DNA from: Candidatus Peribacteria bacterium
GTDB lineage: Bacteria; Patescibacteriota; Gracilibacteria; UBA1369; UBA12463
Direction: 5' to 3'
NCBI GenBank assembly: GCA_943354965.1
Contig: CALRDN010000002.1
Span: 38,029-102,028, forward strand
DNA: 64,000 bases
A program made the translations under genes and the position numbers. This document shows positions 20,006-29,576 of the stretch, in pieces. The notes under the pieces were generated by a model. The model saw nothing but the letters and a program-made list of their open reading frames with translations, was not told where the DNA came from and searched no databases. How positions within the stretch are numbered: position 1 is the stretch's first letter; each line of letters opens with the position of its first letter.

Positions 20006-21171
20006 AATTTTCCACAAAAGTACAAATCCCACCATCAGCAACGGTTACTATTAACTCAATAGCACAGCAAAAAAAGCTCGCAGGAGAGCGCATATTCAAC
20101 CTCAGTGCTGGCGAACCCATGATGAACACGGCGCAATATTTAGAAAAAGCAGTCCAAGACGCCATGCAAAATGGCCGAACGCTCTACCCGCCCGTCGCAG
20201 GGCTTCTCGATCTCCGAGAAAAGGCATCGCAGTGGATGAACACCAATTACAAAACAAATTACACGGCAAAAAATACGCTCATCACCTGTGGTGGTAAATT
20301 CGGCATATACCTGTCACTTCAGGCACTTCTCAACGACGACGATGAAGTGATTATTATCGCCCCATATTGGGTATCCTACCCATCCATGGTCAGTCTCTTC
20401 GGCGGAAAACCCGTAATTATCACAACAGAAGAAAATAATCAGTGGAAAATAAAACCTGAGGATATTCAACAAGCCTGCACCGAAAAAACAAAGATGCTCA
20501 TTCTCAACAACGCCTCGAATCCAACCGGCACACTCTATACAAAAGAAGAATTGATGTTAATACTCAAGGTAGCAAAAGAAAAAAACATCATCGTGCTTTC
20601 CGACGAGGTTTACAGCGGACTTACCTACGACGCCAAAACGTATACATCCTGCGCCTCACTCGAAAAAGACAACGACAATCTCATCGTTATTCAAAGTTGT
20701 TCCAAGAACTTCGGCATGACCGGCTGGCGAGTTGGATTTGTATTTGGATCGGAAAATCTCATAAAAATGCTCACAAAAATTCAAGGTCAAAGCATCACGG
20801 GAACGAGTATTATAAGCCAATATGCCGCAATAGCCGCCATCGAACAATCAGAAAAAATCACAGCCGAAATTCAACAGGAAATGCAATCACGCCGCGACAT
20901 ATTCACCTTCACCTTCAACGAACTATTCCGCGCAAATGTCTCTCAACCGCAATCATCACTCTACCATTTCATTCCTCTCTCTGCATTTGGAATAAAAAAT
21001 AATGATGACATTGCATTTTGCGAACAAGTATTAACAAACGCCAATATAGCACTTGTACCAGGATCCGCATTTGGCTGCGCAGGATACATAAGAACTTCCT
21101 TCGGTGCAAATAAAAATGAATTAATAGATAGTATACAAGCACTCGCCTCTCATCTCGGGTTTTCAGCTTAG
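20002..21171 (+). CDS. PLP-dependent class I/II aminotransferase (aspartate/aromatic or prephenate)
   Basis: LSAGEP, PYWVSY, NNASNPTG, SDEVY, SCSKNFGMTGWRVG (PLP lysine) and VPGSAFG motifs. Confidence 0.9.
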   Translation: MKFSTKVQIPPSATVTINSIAQQKKLAGERIFNLSAGEPMMNTAQYLEKAVQDAMQNGRTLYPPVAGLLDLREKASQWMNTNYKTNYTAKNTLITCGGKFGIYLSLQALLNDDDEVIIIAPYWVSYPSMVSLFGGKPVIITTEENNQWKIKPEDIQQACTEKTKMLILNNASNPTGTLYTKEELMLILKVAKEKNIIVLSDEVYSGLTYDAKTYTSCASLEKDNDNLIVIQSCSKNFGMTGWRVGFVFGSENLIKMLTKIQGQSITGTSIISQYAAIAAIEQSEKITAEIQQEMQSRRDIFTFTFNELFRANVSQPQSSLYHFIPLSAFGIKNNDDIAFCEQVLTNANIALVPGSAFGCAGYIRTSFGANKNELIDSIQALASHLGFSA

Positions 21172-21249
21172 ACAAGCCAAAATTGAATTTACATATTTTC
21201 ACAAATATGTCGCAGCAGCACCTTTTTGGCACAAACTACACAAATTCTC

Positions 21250-21277
21250 TTGCAAAAGAATTTTGCAAAATTATAAT
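21250..21277 (+). promoter_or_regulatory. Promoter of hup
   Basis: TTGCAA, 16-bp spacer, TATAAT. Overlapped by inverted repeat TTGCAAAA-gaa-TTTTGCAA. Confidence 0.6.
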
Positions 21278-21367
21278 GCTGGTGAATTAAGCGATGTGTA
21301 CGGTGTTTTAAACACTCTCCATATCTCAACATTCAAAAATATTATTTCTTTTTAACCCAATCATCCT

Positions 21368-21643
21368 ATGACAAAACAGGATTTGGTAAACTCCGCTTCT
21401 AACGTCGCAAGCGTTACGAAGAAAGCAGCTGCAGAGGTTCTCGATGCAGTTCTTGCTCACATCACTAAGTCACTCAAGCGTGGCGAAAGTGTAACAATCA
21501 CTGGTTTTGGAACATTCCGTGTTTCAAAGAGACAGGCTCGAACAGGTGTTAACCCACGAAACCCATCACAGAAGATCAAGATCCCAGCTATGAAGCTTCC
21601 AGCTTTCAAGGCCGGCAAATCTCTTAAGGATGCAGTTCGTTAA
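21368..21643 (+). CDS. hup: DNA-binding protein HU
   Basis: MTKQDLV..GFGTF..RTGVNP..PAFKAGKSLKDAV. Confidence 0.97.
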   Translation: MTKQDLVNSASNVASVTKKAAAEVLDAVLAHITKSLKRGESVTITGFGTFRVSKRQARTGVNPRNPSQKIKIPAMKLPAFKAGKSLKDAVR

Positions 21644-21665
21644 ATCGATCTCGATTTCAACTATT

Positions 21666-21695
21666 AAACCCGCCCCCATAAAGGGCGGGTTTTTT
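21666..21695 (+). terminator. Intrinsic terminator after hup
   Basis: AAACCCGCCC-ccataaa-GGGCGGGTTTTTT. Confidence 0.9.
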
Positions 21696-21757
21696 GTTAC
21701 GCAAACTATTGAAAAAAAATGAAGCATCGGGAGGTACCTTCAAACACCTCATTTTGA

Positions 21758-21823
21758 AATGCTCACGAATTGCTAGCACCATGAGGTACAAATGCTAAGG
21801 AATTGCTAAGAAGATGCTAAGGA
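21758..21823. repeat. Six-unit degenerate 11-bp direct-repeat array (core TGCTAAG)
   Basis: Units: aatgctcacga, attgctagcac, catgaggtaca, aatgctaagga, attgctaagaa, gatgctaagga. Confidence 0.7.
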
Positions 21824-21884
21824 TCCAAAAACACTATAAAAAGAAGGTGGAACCGGCTACGGAAACGCGGTACAATGAACCGGC

Positions 21885-22925
21885 ATGAAAGATCTAATCT
21901 TACAACTCGTCAAAGAGGCGACACTAGAAATAAACAACACGACAACTCCCGCACAACTCGAGGAGCTCAGAATTAAATATTTGGGACGCAAAGGATCATT
22001 CACGAATGTAATGCAGAACCTGAAAAGTGTTCCAAATGAAGAAAAACCAGCCATCGGGCAAGCGCTCAACGCAGCCAAAAATGAACTTGAGCAACATCTG
22101 ACCACTAAACAAAAAACATTAGAAGAAGAAGTTCTCAAGCAGCAACTCTCCGACGACTCATTCGACACAACCCGTCCAGGAACACACTATGAAACCGGGC
22201 ATATTCATCCACTTTCGCAGGTACAAAAAGAAGTGGAAGAAATTTTCAGTCAGATGGGATTTGCCATTCAGGATGGACCAGAGATTGAATCGGAATATTA
22301 CAACTTTGAGGCATTGAACGTACCAAAAGATCACCCTGCTCGAGATATGCAGGATACGTTTTTCTTGGCTGATAAGTCGCATGATCATCATGGAAGAATG
22401 GTTTTGCGCACGCAAACATCACCAGTACAAATCCGAACCATGGAGAAATTTGGTGCACCACTACGTGTCATTGTACCAGGAAGAGTATTCCGCTATGAAG
22501 CGACCGATGCCTCACACGACTCAACCTTTTATCAAGTAGAGGGACTCCTGATCGATAAAAATATTTCCCTCGCAAATTTAAAAGGAGTGATGACGGAATT
22601 TCTCACACGACTCTTCAAAAAAGAAACAAAGGTGCGATTCCGACCAGGATATTTCCCCTTCGTAGAGCCAGGAATCGAGCTCGATATGTGGTGCCTCTTA
22701 TGCAGCGGAATGGGTTGCCGAGTCTGCAAACACACCGGATGGATGGAGTTCATGGGTGCCGGAATGGTACATGCGAATGTACTAAAAGCCGGCGGCATCG
22801 ACCCGGAAGTATACCAGGGCTGGGCATTCGGATTCGGCCTCACCCGTCTCGTGATGATGAAATATGGTATTGATGATATCCGCTTACTGATGGGCGGCGA
22901 CCTTAGATTCTTAGAACAATTTTAA
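21885..22925 (+). CDS. pheS: Phenylalanine--tRNA ligase alpha subunit
   Basis: HPARDMQDTF, LRTQTSPVQ, FRPGYFPFVEP and AFGFGLTR motifs. Confidence 0.97.
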   Translation: MKDLILQLVKEATLEINNTTTPAQLEELRIKYLGRKGSFTNVMQNLKSVPNEEKPAIGQALNAAKNELEQHLTTKQKTLEEEVLKQQLSDDSFDTTRPGTHYETGHIHPLSQVQKEVEEIFSQMGFAIQDGPEIESEYYNFEALNVPKDHPARDMQDTFFLADKSHDHHGRMVLRTQTSPVQIRTMEKFGAPLRVIVPGRVFRYEATDASHDSTFYQVEGLLIDKNISLANLKGVMTEFLTRLFKKETKVRFRPGYFPFVEPGIELDMWCLLCSGMGCRVCKHTGWMEFMGAGMVHANVLKAGGIDPEVYQGWAFGFGLTRLVMMKYGIDDIRLLMGGDLRFLEQF

Positions 22926-22927
22926 AT

Positions 22928-25390
22928 ATGAAGATTTCCCTAAACTGGCTCAAAAAATTCGTAGAAATTCCTGAAAATGTAACAGCACAAGAGCTGGCGC
23001 ATCTCTTTACGATTAGAGCCGCAGAGGTAGAAGGAGTGCTCAGTGAAGGCGAGCTACTGCGCAATATCGTCGTAGGACAGATTACATCCCTCGCACAACA
23101 TCCAAACGCCGACAAACTAAGAGTTACCCAAACCAACGTCGGAAAAGAAACGTTACAAATTGTCTGTGGAGCAAAAAATATCAAAGAAGGCATGTTTGTA
23201 GTTGTCGCATTACCGGGCAGTCAGGTTCGTTGGCATGGCGAGGGAGACTTAATCACATTAGAAAAAACACAACTTCGCGGCATAGATAGCCACGGAATGA
23301 TATGTGGTGCCGACGAGGTTGGGCTACCGCCACCATCAAATCCAGCAGATGACGTACCGGATTTAGCAACCTATGAACTTACAAAAGATTATGTACTCGA
23401 GCCAGGAATGCCACTCGCAGCGCTCCTCAATAAAAACGATGTGATTCTCGAAATTGATAATAAATCCCTCACGCACCGACCGGACCTGTGGGGACACTAT
23501 GGCATCGCCCGAGAAATGGCCGCCATCTATAATACAAAACTCAAGCCATACGAAAAAGCGGTTTCATTAGCCAAAGAAAAGGATATTCCAACTGCGCAAT
23601 CCCCTCTCAATATTACCATCATAGACAAGGAAATCTGTCCTCGATTCACCTCATGTATTATTAAAAACATAAAAGTAAAAGAGTCACCGGAATGGTTAAA
23701 ACAGGATTTAATCAAAGTCGGAGTACGTCCCGTAAATAACATTGTCGACATCACCAATCACGTCATGCTCGGGCTCGGACAACCGATGCACGCCTATGAT
23801 AGAAAAATGGTAGAAACAGATACGCTCGAAGTACGATATGCCAAAAAGGGCGAGTTCATCGAGACCATTGACCATAAACATCACAACCTCTCAGAAGAAG
23901 ATCCAATTATTACGAACGGCAAACACGTACTCACGATTGCGGGAGTAATGGGTGGAGCCTATTCAGAGATTTCCGAACATACGACAGAAATAATTCTCGA
24001 GAGTGCGAACTGGCAACCGGCAGTAGTACGAAAAGCATCACAGCGTAATGGTTTACGAACCGAAGCCGTACAGCGTTTCGAAAAATCCATCGATTCAGAG
24101 ATGGCAATCACCGGACTTCTTCGCGCAATAGCACTGGTCAAAAAGCTCTGCCCAAAGGCAGAATTAGAGGGTGGCCTGATCGATGACTACTCGGAAAAAG
24201 TAGCGACAAAAGTGATCGTGGTTCGACCCGAACGCATTCAGCAAAAGATTGGAGCGATCGTGACGACCAATGAGATGAAGGACATTCTTAAACGATTAGG
24301 ATTTGGCGTTGCTTCTGCTCCGAACAAATCACTTTCAATCACAGTGCCTTCTTGGCGCGCGACCAAAGACATCGCCACTGAAGACGACATAGTAGAAGAA
24401 GTCGCGCGCATGCACGGCTACGAAAACATCCCTACTCCTCTCCCAACCCTTCCCACCAAACTCCCCGAAGAAAACATTCTTCGCACCCTCGAACACAAAT
24501 CCCGTGCCATTCTTTCAGGACTTCTCAATATGAATGAGGTCTACAACTACTCATTCTATAGCGGAGCCGATCTCACAAATGCACTCCTTCCAAATGAACT
24601 TCACCTCAAACCCCAGAACTTCCTCTCAACCGACCAAACTCACTTACGAATATCACTCGTTCCTAACCTTCTCAAAAACATTCACGACAATCTTCGCTTC
24701 AAAAAGAGCTTCAATATCTATGAAATCGGCCACACCTACAACGAAGAACACGAGTTCTTCCCACGTGAAGATGTCTGGATTACCGGCGCCATCGTGACCA
24801 ACACAACCGAAAATCCAAACGCAATCCCCCTTCTCGATGCTAAAGGAATCACGGAAAATTTCCTGCAAAATATTGGCGCACCTACGCAGGAGTGGAAGAA
24901 AGTCGTATCAACACTACAACTTGCTCATCCCCACAACTCCCTCACCATGTTCTCGCCTGCAGAAAATTTAATAGCCCGTTGCTACGATCTCAATCCTCTT
25001 ATCACCAAAAACTTCGACCTCGAAGGACCGCACAAGATAGCCATATTCGAGCTAAACCTCTCTCAGCTTTCTCAAGAAAAACTCCTCGAAAGAAAATATC
25101 ATCCAATCCCTCGTCACCCTGGCATCGAGTTCGACCTCGCTATTCTCATCGACAAAAAAACTCCATCTATTCAACTCAAAAAAGCCATCGAAAATGCCAT
25201 GCCCGAGCTCATCCAATCCGCCACACTCTTCGATCAGTACGAAGGCCAAAACGTCGACCCTGCCAAAAAATCCCTCGCCTACCGCATCCTCCTACAATCC
25301 CCCGACCGCACCCTCACCGACGACGACCTAACCAAAGCCCAAAAAGCCATCACAGAAAACATCACCGCCATAGGGGGCTCCATTCGATAA
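22928..25390 (+). CDS. pheT: Phenylalanine--tRNA ligase beta subunit
   Basis: HPNADKL, IVCGA, HRPDL, GQPMHAYD, RFEK, EEVARMHGY motifs and C-terminal FDX-ACB domain. Confidence 0.97.
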   Translation: MKISLNWLKKFVEIPENVTAQELAHLFTIRAAEVEGVLSEGELLRNIVVGQITSLAQHPNADKLRVTQTNVGKETLQIVCGAKNIKEGMFVVVALPGSQVRWHGEGDLITLEKTQLRGIDSHGMICGADEVGLPPPSNPADDVPDLATYELTKDYVLEPGMPLAALLNKNDVILEIDNKSLTHRPDLWGHYGIAREMAAIYNTKLKPYEKAVSLAKEKDIPTAQSPLNITIIDKEICPRFTSCIIKNIKVKESPEWLKQDLIKVGVRPVNNIVDITNHVMLGLGQPMHAYDRKMVETDTLEVRYAKKGEFIETIDHKHHNLSEEDPIITNGKHVLTIAGVMGGAYSEISEHTTEIILESANWQPAVVRKASQRNGLRTEAVQRFEKSIDSEMAITGLLRAIALVKKLCPKAELEGGLIDDYSEKVATKVIVVRPERIQQKIGAIVTTNEMKDILKRLGFGVASAPNKSLSITVPSWRATKDIATEDDIVEEVARMHGYENIPTPLPTLPTKLPEENILRTLEHKSRAILSGLLNMNEVYNYSFYSGADLTNALLPNELHLKPQNFLSTDQTHLRISLVPNLLKNIHDNLRFKKSFNIYEIGHTYNEEHEFFPREDVWITGAIVTNTTENPNAIPLLDAKGITENFLQNIGAPTQEWKKVVSTLQLAHPHNSLTMFSPAENLIARCYDLNPLITKNFDLEGPHKIAIFELNLSQLSQEKLLERKYHPIPRHPGIEFDLAILIDKKTPSIQLKKAIENAMPELIQSATLFDQYEGQNVDPAKKSLAYRILLQSPDRTLTDDDLTKAQKAITENITAIGGSIR

Positions 25391-25397
25391 ATAAAGC

Positions 25398-25635
25398 ATG
25401 ATATCACCTGCGCCCCAGTAGGGGCAGTTCAGCAGAATAGTCCCTCGGGGGTGTCCCTTGGGGGATATACATTGGCGGAGTTCTGAGGATATATTCTACC
25501 CTACTTTCAATAGGATATCGTACGATATACAAACCCATAGCAAGTTGATACTAAAATGCTATCAAATTGATATCCTTTTAAAAGTGACCAAAAGGAACAC
25601 CTCCAGGGGCGCGAAAGGATATCGCCTGATATCAT
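25398..25635. repeat. Intergenic repeat-rich element (GATATC-like motifs, short GC hairpins)
   Basis: About ten GATAT/GATATC-like motifs, several 10-11 bp apart. Hairpins GCCCC-agta-GGGGC and TCCC-ttgg-GGGA. 9-bp inverted ends ATGATATCA/TGATATCAT. Confidence 0.45.
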
Positions 25636-25735
25636 CCCATCCCACCCCTCGACAAAGCTGACTCATAAATGTACAATCCAGAAGGTAACCAACCGCGACC
25701 AGAAGCGTATAGAGTAGAGGAATATTCAACCACCA

Positions 25736-28651
25736 ATGGACCTACATAAAAAAATCCACGATCGATACGAAGCTGCGATAGAGAAGCGCGGAAGTGATGT
25801 GTATAAATCACACGCGACAGCTTGGCAGAGATCCAAGCAACCATGGAATGTGAAACGAGTCATAGCATGGTTTTTCACACTCATGGTCGCAGGAGGAGCG
25901 ACTGGCATTTTTCTGCTATTTGGAGCCATTGGTATTCTATCTATAGGACTTCCAACTGTTGATAATATCAGCTCTCAAGCCGCACGAGCGACGGAAATTT
26001 ACGATCGAAACGGAGAGCTTCTCTACACTATTTCCGGAGAAGAAAACAGGAAATATGTTCCCTATGATCAGATCTCGCCTAACCTCATCAATGCCACCAT
26101 CGCCGTAGAAGACGATCAGTTTTGGGAGCACAAAGGATTTGATATGACCGGTATAGCCGCAGCAGGACTCTATGAAGTCTTCGGCATAGGCAAGCAGCGC
26201 GGTGGATCCACTATCACGCAGCAGTATGTAAAAAACGCCTTCCTGACATCAGAGAGAAGTATAACGCGCAAACTGAAAGAGCTCATCATGTCTATTCGTC
26301 TCGAACAAAAATACGACAAGAAAAAGATTCTCGAACTTTATCTCAATCAAATTCCATATGGAAACAGCGCCTATGGAATTCAACGTGCCGCAGAAATATA
26401 TTTTGGTAAAAACGCCATCGATCTCACTCTGGCGGAAAGCGTCATTCTCGCAGGAATACCGCAAGCGCCAAGCTACTACAATCCGTACAGTACACATCGA
26501 GAAAGTATCATCACGAAAACATTTTCACCCGAAGAACTTGCCTCGAGGAAACTGGTATCCGCAGAAGATATCAACAAAAATGAATATGTATATGGATTAT
26601 TAGGAAAATTAAATACCATCGATGAGCAACACAAAATATACATGCCGGGACGTGCAGACGTGGTCATGAAGCGCATGCTAGAGCTTGGATATATCAAACA
26701 GCTGGAAAAAGAAGCCGCATGGCAGGGTACGCAAACCATCGCATTCCTTCCATTCAAATATTCCATCAAAGCGCCACACTTTGTCTTTTATGTGAAAGAC
26801 ATTCTCGAACAGAAATATGGCAAAGAAATTCTCGAACGTGGAGGCTTGAAAGTATATACAACTCTCGACTGGAAACTGCAGCAGGTAGCGGAAAACGCCA
26901 TATCGAGCCGCGCCGAGTCCAACGAAAAAAACTACAAAGCGACCAACGCAGCGGCTCTCTTCGCCGATCCCAAAACAGGACAAATCCTCACTATGGTAGG
27001 TTCACGCGACTACTTCAACAAAGACATCGATGGAAATGTAAACGTCACCACTCGTACGCGACAACCAGGATCAGCATTCAAACCATTTGTCTACGCGCAA
27101 GCCTTCCTACGCCGCTACACACCCGCAACCGTCCTCTACGACACTCCAACGAAACTTGGTCCTGATACACCACAAAATTATGACGGAACCTTCCAGGGAC
27201 CTATGTCGATGCGCCGAGCGCTTGGACAATCTCGAAACATCCCCGCCATCAAGGCCTACTATCTCGGAGGTGAGCAGGGTGCCATCATAGATCTTGCAGA
27301 AAAAATGGGTATCTCCACGCTCAACAGAGAACATGATTATGGGTATCCACTAGCCATCGGTGCAGCCGAGGTGAAGATGATCGATATGGTCACGGCTTTC
27401 GGAACATTCGCCAACATGGGTAAAAAACCGGAACTCACCCCTATTCTCAAAATCGAAGATCACTCCGGAAACATTATCGACGAGTGGAATCCGGACAGCG
27501 TAAAAGACTGGCAAGAAGCCCTAGATCCGGAAGTATCGTATTTAATCGATAGTATTCTTTCTGATAACTCCATTAAATTAAGTCAAAATCTTTCAATTCC
27601 GAATCAAACCATTGCTACCAAAACTGGAACGTCTACAAACAAGTCAAAATCCAAAGGAACGGCGTATCCAATGGACCTCTGGGTTATGGGCTACACGCCA
27701 AGCATTGTAGGATCGGTCTGGGTAGGAAATAACCGCGGAAATCCACTCGGAGCAAACGCCGATGGTTCCAACGTCTCTGCGCCAATATGGAAAGAAATCA
27801 TGGCAGCATTTTTGAAAGACAAACCCGATGAACCATTTCCACGTCCGGAAGGAATAAAAGAAGTGACGGTATCATCTGCAACAGGACTCCTTCCGAATGA
27901 AAACACACCAAAAGAAAATCTCCGCACGGAAGTATTCGCAAGTTTTGCCATACCTACCGAGATAGAAAGAGCCTTCTCCAAGGCAAAAGTAGACAAACGC
28001 AACGACCTGCTCGCTAACGATTTCTGTCCTCCGGAAATGGTCGAAGAACGCGTCTTCCAATCACACAGTGATCCAATAGACAAAAAAGAATGGCAAGACG
28101 GCGTAAATCAATACTACGGAAGCGTAAAGAAAAAAATATCAGAAACGCCTATAGATCCAAATAATCCAAATGCGCCAGTAGCAGAAAGTGTATCTCTTGG
28201 GGGCTCGGCCCCTACCGAGGCCTCGCCCCTCTGCACCCCCGAAGCCCAAACTCAAGCCCCAACCGTCGCCATCACCTCTCCTTCTACCTTCTCGACTATC
28301 GCAGGAGGTACAGTCGACGTAGCAATCACCTACTCTGCACCAGCCGGCATCCAAGATGTCACCTATATATTCGATAAACTCCCACGTGCCGTAAAAAGTT
28401 CCAAACCCTACGACACCGCCACGATCAAAATCCCTAAATTCGTAAAACCCGGATCCGTCTACGAGCTCAAAGTAAAAGTCACTGACAAGAATCAGTACAG
28501 CGGTTATGCCACCATCCAGGTAAAAATCGCCGACGCAAACAATCCAGCCGACAATACCCCTCAAGCTTCCACCTGGCCCATCGCTCCATTAGGTACACCC
28601 CTGATTCCATCCAGTCCCGCCGACCTCCCACTCCTCTTCCCGAAGCAGTAG
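25736..28651 (+). CDS. Class A penicillin-binding protein (transglycosylase-transpeptidase) with C-terminal Ig-like domain
   Basis: N-terminal TM; EDDQFWEHKG and GGSTITQQYVKN (GT51); SAFK (SxxK), SRN and KTGT. Confidence 0.95.
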   Translation: MDLHKKIHDRYEAAIEKRGSDVYKSHATAWQRSKQPWNVKRVIAWFFTLMVAGGATGIFLLFGAIGILSIGLPTVDNISSQAARATEIYDRNGELLYTISGEENRKYVPYDQISPNLINATIAVEDDQFWEHKGFDMTGIAAAGLYEVFGIGKQRGGSTITQQYVKNAFLTSERSITRKLKELIMSIRLEQKYDKKKILELYLNQIPYGNSAYGIQRAAEIYFGKNAIDLTLAESVILAGIPQAPSYYNPYSTHRESIITKTFSPEELASRKLVSAEDINKNEYVYGLLGKLNTIDEQHKIYMPGRADVVMKRMLELGYIKQLEKEAAWQGTQTIAFLPFKYSIKAPHFVFYVKDILEQKYGKEILERGGLKVYTTLDWKLQQVAENAISSRAESNEKNYKATNAAALFADPKTGQILTMVGSRDYFNKDIDGNVNVTTRTRQPGSAFKPFVYAQAFLRRYTPATVLYDTPTKLGPDTPQNYDGTFQGPMSMRRALGQSRNIPAIKAYYLGGEQGAIIDLAEKMGISTLNREHDYGYPLAIGAAEVKMIDMVTAFGTFANMGKKPELTPILKIEDHSGNIIDEWNPDSVKDWQEALDPEVSYLIDSILSDNSIKLSQNLSIPNQTIATKTGTSTNKSKSKGTAYPMDLWVMGYTPSIVGSVWVGNNRGNPLGANADGSNVSAPIWKEIMAAFLKDKPDEPFPRPEGIKEVTVSSATGLLPNENTPKENLRTEVFASFAIPTEIERAFSKAKVDKRNDLLANDFCPPEMVEERVFQSHSDPIDKKEWQDGVNQYYGSVKKKISETPIDPNNPNAPVAESVSLGGSAPTEASPLCTPEAQTQAPTVAITSPSTFSTIAGGTVDVAITYSAPAGIQDVTYIFDKLPRAVKSSKPYDTATIKIPKFVKPGSVYELKVKVTDKNQYSGYATIQVKIADANNPADNTPQASTWPIAPLGTPLIPSSPADLPLLFPKQ

Positions 28652-28655
28652 ACCT

Positions 28656-29195
28656 CTACTTCTTCCCTAGAATCCTCTCCACCGCATCCAAAAAACTTTC
28701 AGCCTCATAAACATCTGGATCACCCTTCAGCTCTTCCGGCAGTTCAAACCGATCCGTTTTCAAAAAAATCGGCCTCACCTCTAAATTTTTTCCAAACTCG
28801 ATATCCGTTGAGCGATCTCCAATCATCCACGAACTCTCCGGCTCCATTTCACAATCCCAAATCAAATCTTTTACCAAACCAATCTCCGGCTTACGACACT
28901 CGCACGTATCTTCTGGCATGTGAGGACAAATACAAACATCAAAAAAGCGAATCCCCTGTTCATCCATTTTTTGCATAAAAGCATCCTGCACGCGATCAAA
29001 ATTTTCCCACGGAAATTCTTCACTTCCGATTCCATTTTGATTCGTAACGATCACTAATTCATATCCAGCCTCACGTAAGCTACGCAATCCCTCGAACACG
29101 CCGGGCTTGTAAGCTAACTTCGCCAACGTATCGATTTTTCCATCATCTACCTCCTCTATAAGGGTTCCATCCCGGTCTAAAAAGACTATTTTCAT
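28656..29195 (-). CDS. HAD-IIIA phosphatase (HisB-N/GmhB-like)
   Basis: FLDRDGT, VTNQNG, CPH..CECRKP and MIGDRSTD motifs. Confidence 0.88.
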   Translation of the reverse strand: MKIVFLDRDGTLIEEVDDGKIDTLAKLAYKPGVFEGLRSLREAGYELVIVTNQNGIGSEEFPWENFDRVQDAFMQKMDEQGIRFFDVCICPHMPEDTCECRKPEIGLVKDLIWDCEMEPESSWMIGDRSTDIEFGKNLEVRPIFLKTDRFELPEELKGDPDVYEAESFLDAVERILGKK

Positions 29196-29249
29196 AGCCT
29201 TATTCTAAGCTGAATTTGACAAAATAGGCAAACTTTTTACATCCAAAGC

Positions 29250-29278
29250 TAGACAAAGCTAAGCAAAAATGATATAAT
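29250..29278 (+). promoter_or_regulatory. Sigma70 promoter with extended -10
   Basis: TAGACA, 17-bp spacer, TG-a-TATAAT. Confidence 0.7.
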
Positions 29279-29317
29279 AGAACCAATCCTTAAAAAGTAT
29301 CTCTTAATTCTCCTCCT

Positions 29318-29497
29318 ATGATTGCTTTCTGTCCAAAATGCTGGAAGAACACACACGGTGCCGAGAGCATGCGTGAAATGAAGGATGTTCAGTTCGTTAC
29401 CATGAAAAATGGTCGACGAGCAGCAAAGGGTACTTGCTCAGTCTGCGGACGAGGCATGTACAAGATTGTAAAAACTTCTGAAGCTCCTGCTGCTTAA
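29318..29497 (+). CDS. Small zinc-ribbon protein (DUF5679-like), 59 aa, absent from the ORF track
   Basis: MIAFCPKCWK..EMKDVQFVTMKNGRRAAKGTCSVCGRGMYKI.., flanked by its own promoter and terminator. Confidence 0.85.
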   Translation: MIAFCPKCWKNTHGAESMREMKDVQFVTMKNGRRAAKGTCSVCGRGMYKIVKTSEAPAA

Positions 29498-29521
29498 GTT
29501 TGGAACATTCACAACCAGTAT

Positions 29522-29555
29522 AAAAAAGCCTTCATCAAACCATGAGGGTTTTTTT
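29522..29555 (+). terminator. Intrinsic terminator
   Basis: AAAAAAGCCTTCAT-caaacc-ATGAGGGTTTTTTT. Confidence 0.8.
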
Positions 29556-29576
29556 ATGTGTGTTATAATCACCCCG

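Noticed and set aside
21758..21823. Possible CRISPR array
   Set aside because: Units are 11 bp, contiguous and spacerless, and there are no cas genes in the window.
21841..21870. GGTGGAACC upstream of pheS resembling a T-box core
   Set aside because: No complementary antiterminator strand, terminator or stem I was found. The motif sits at the -35 position of an apparently leaderless promoter (TACAAT at 21871).
28656..29195. Evidence for histidine or LPS heptose biosynthesis
   Set aside because: This is a lone HAD-IIIA phosphatase without his or gmh neighbours, so its substrate cannot be assigned.
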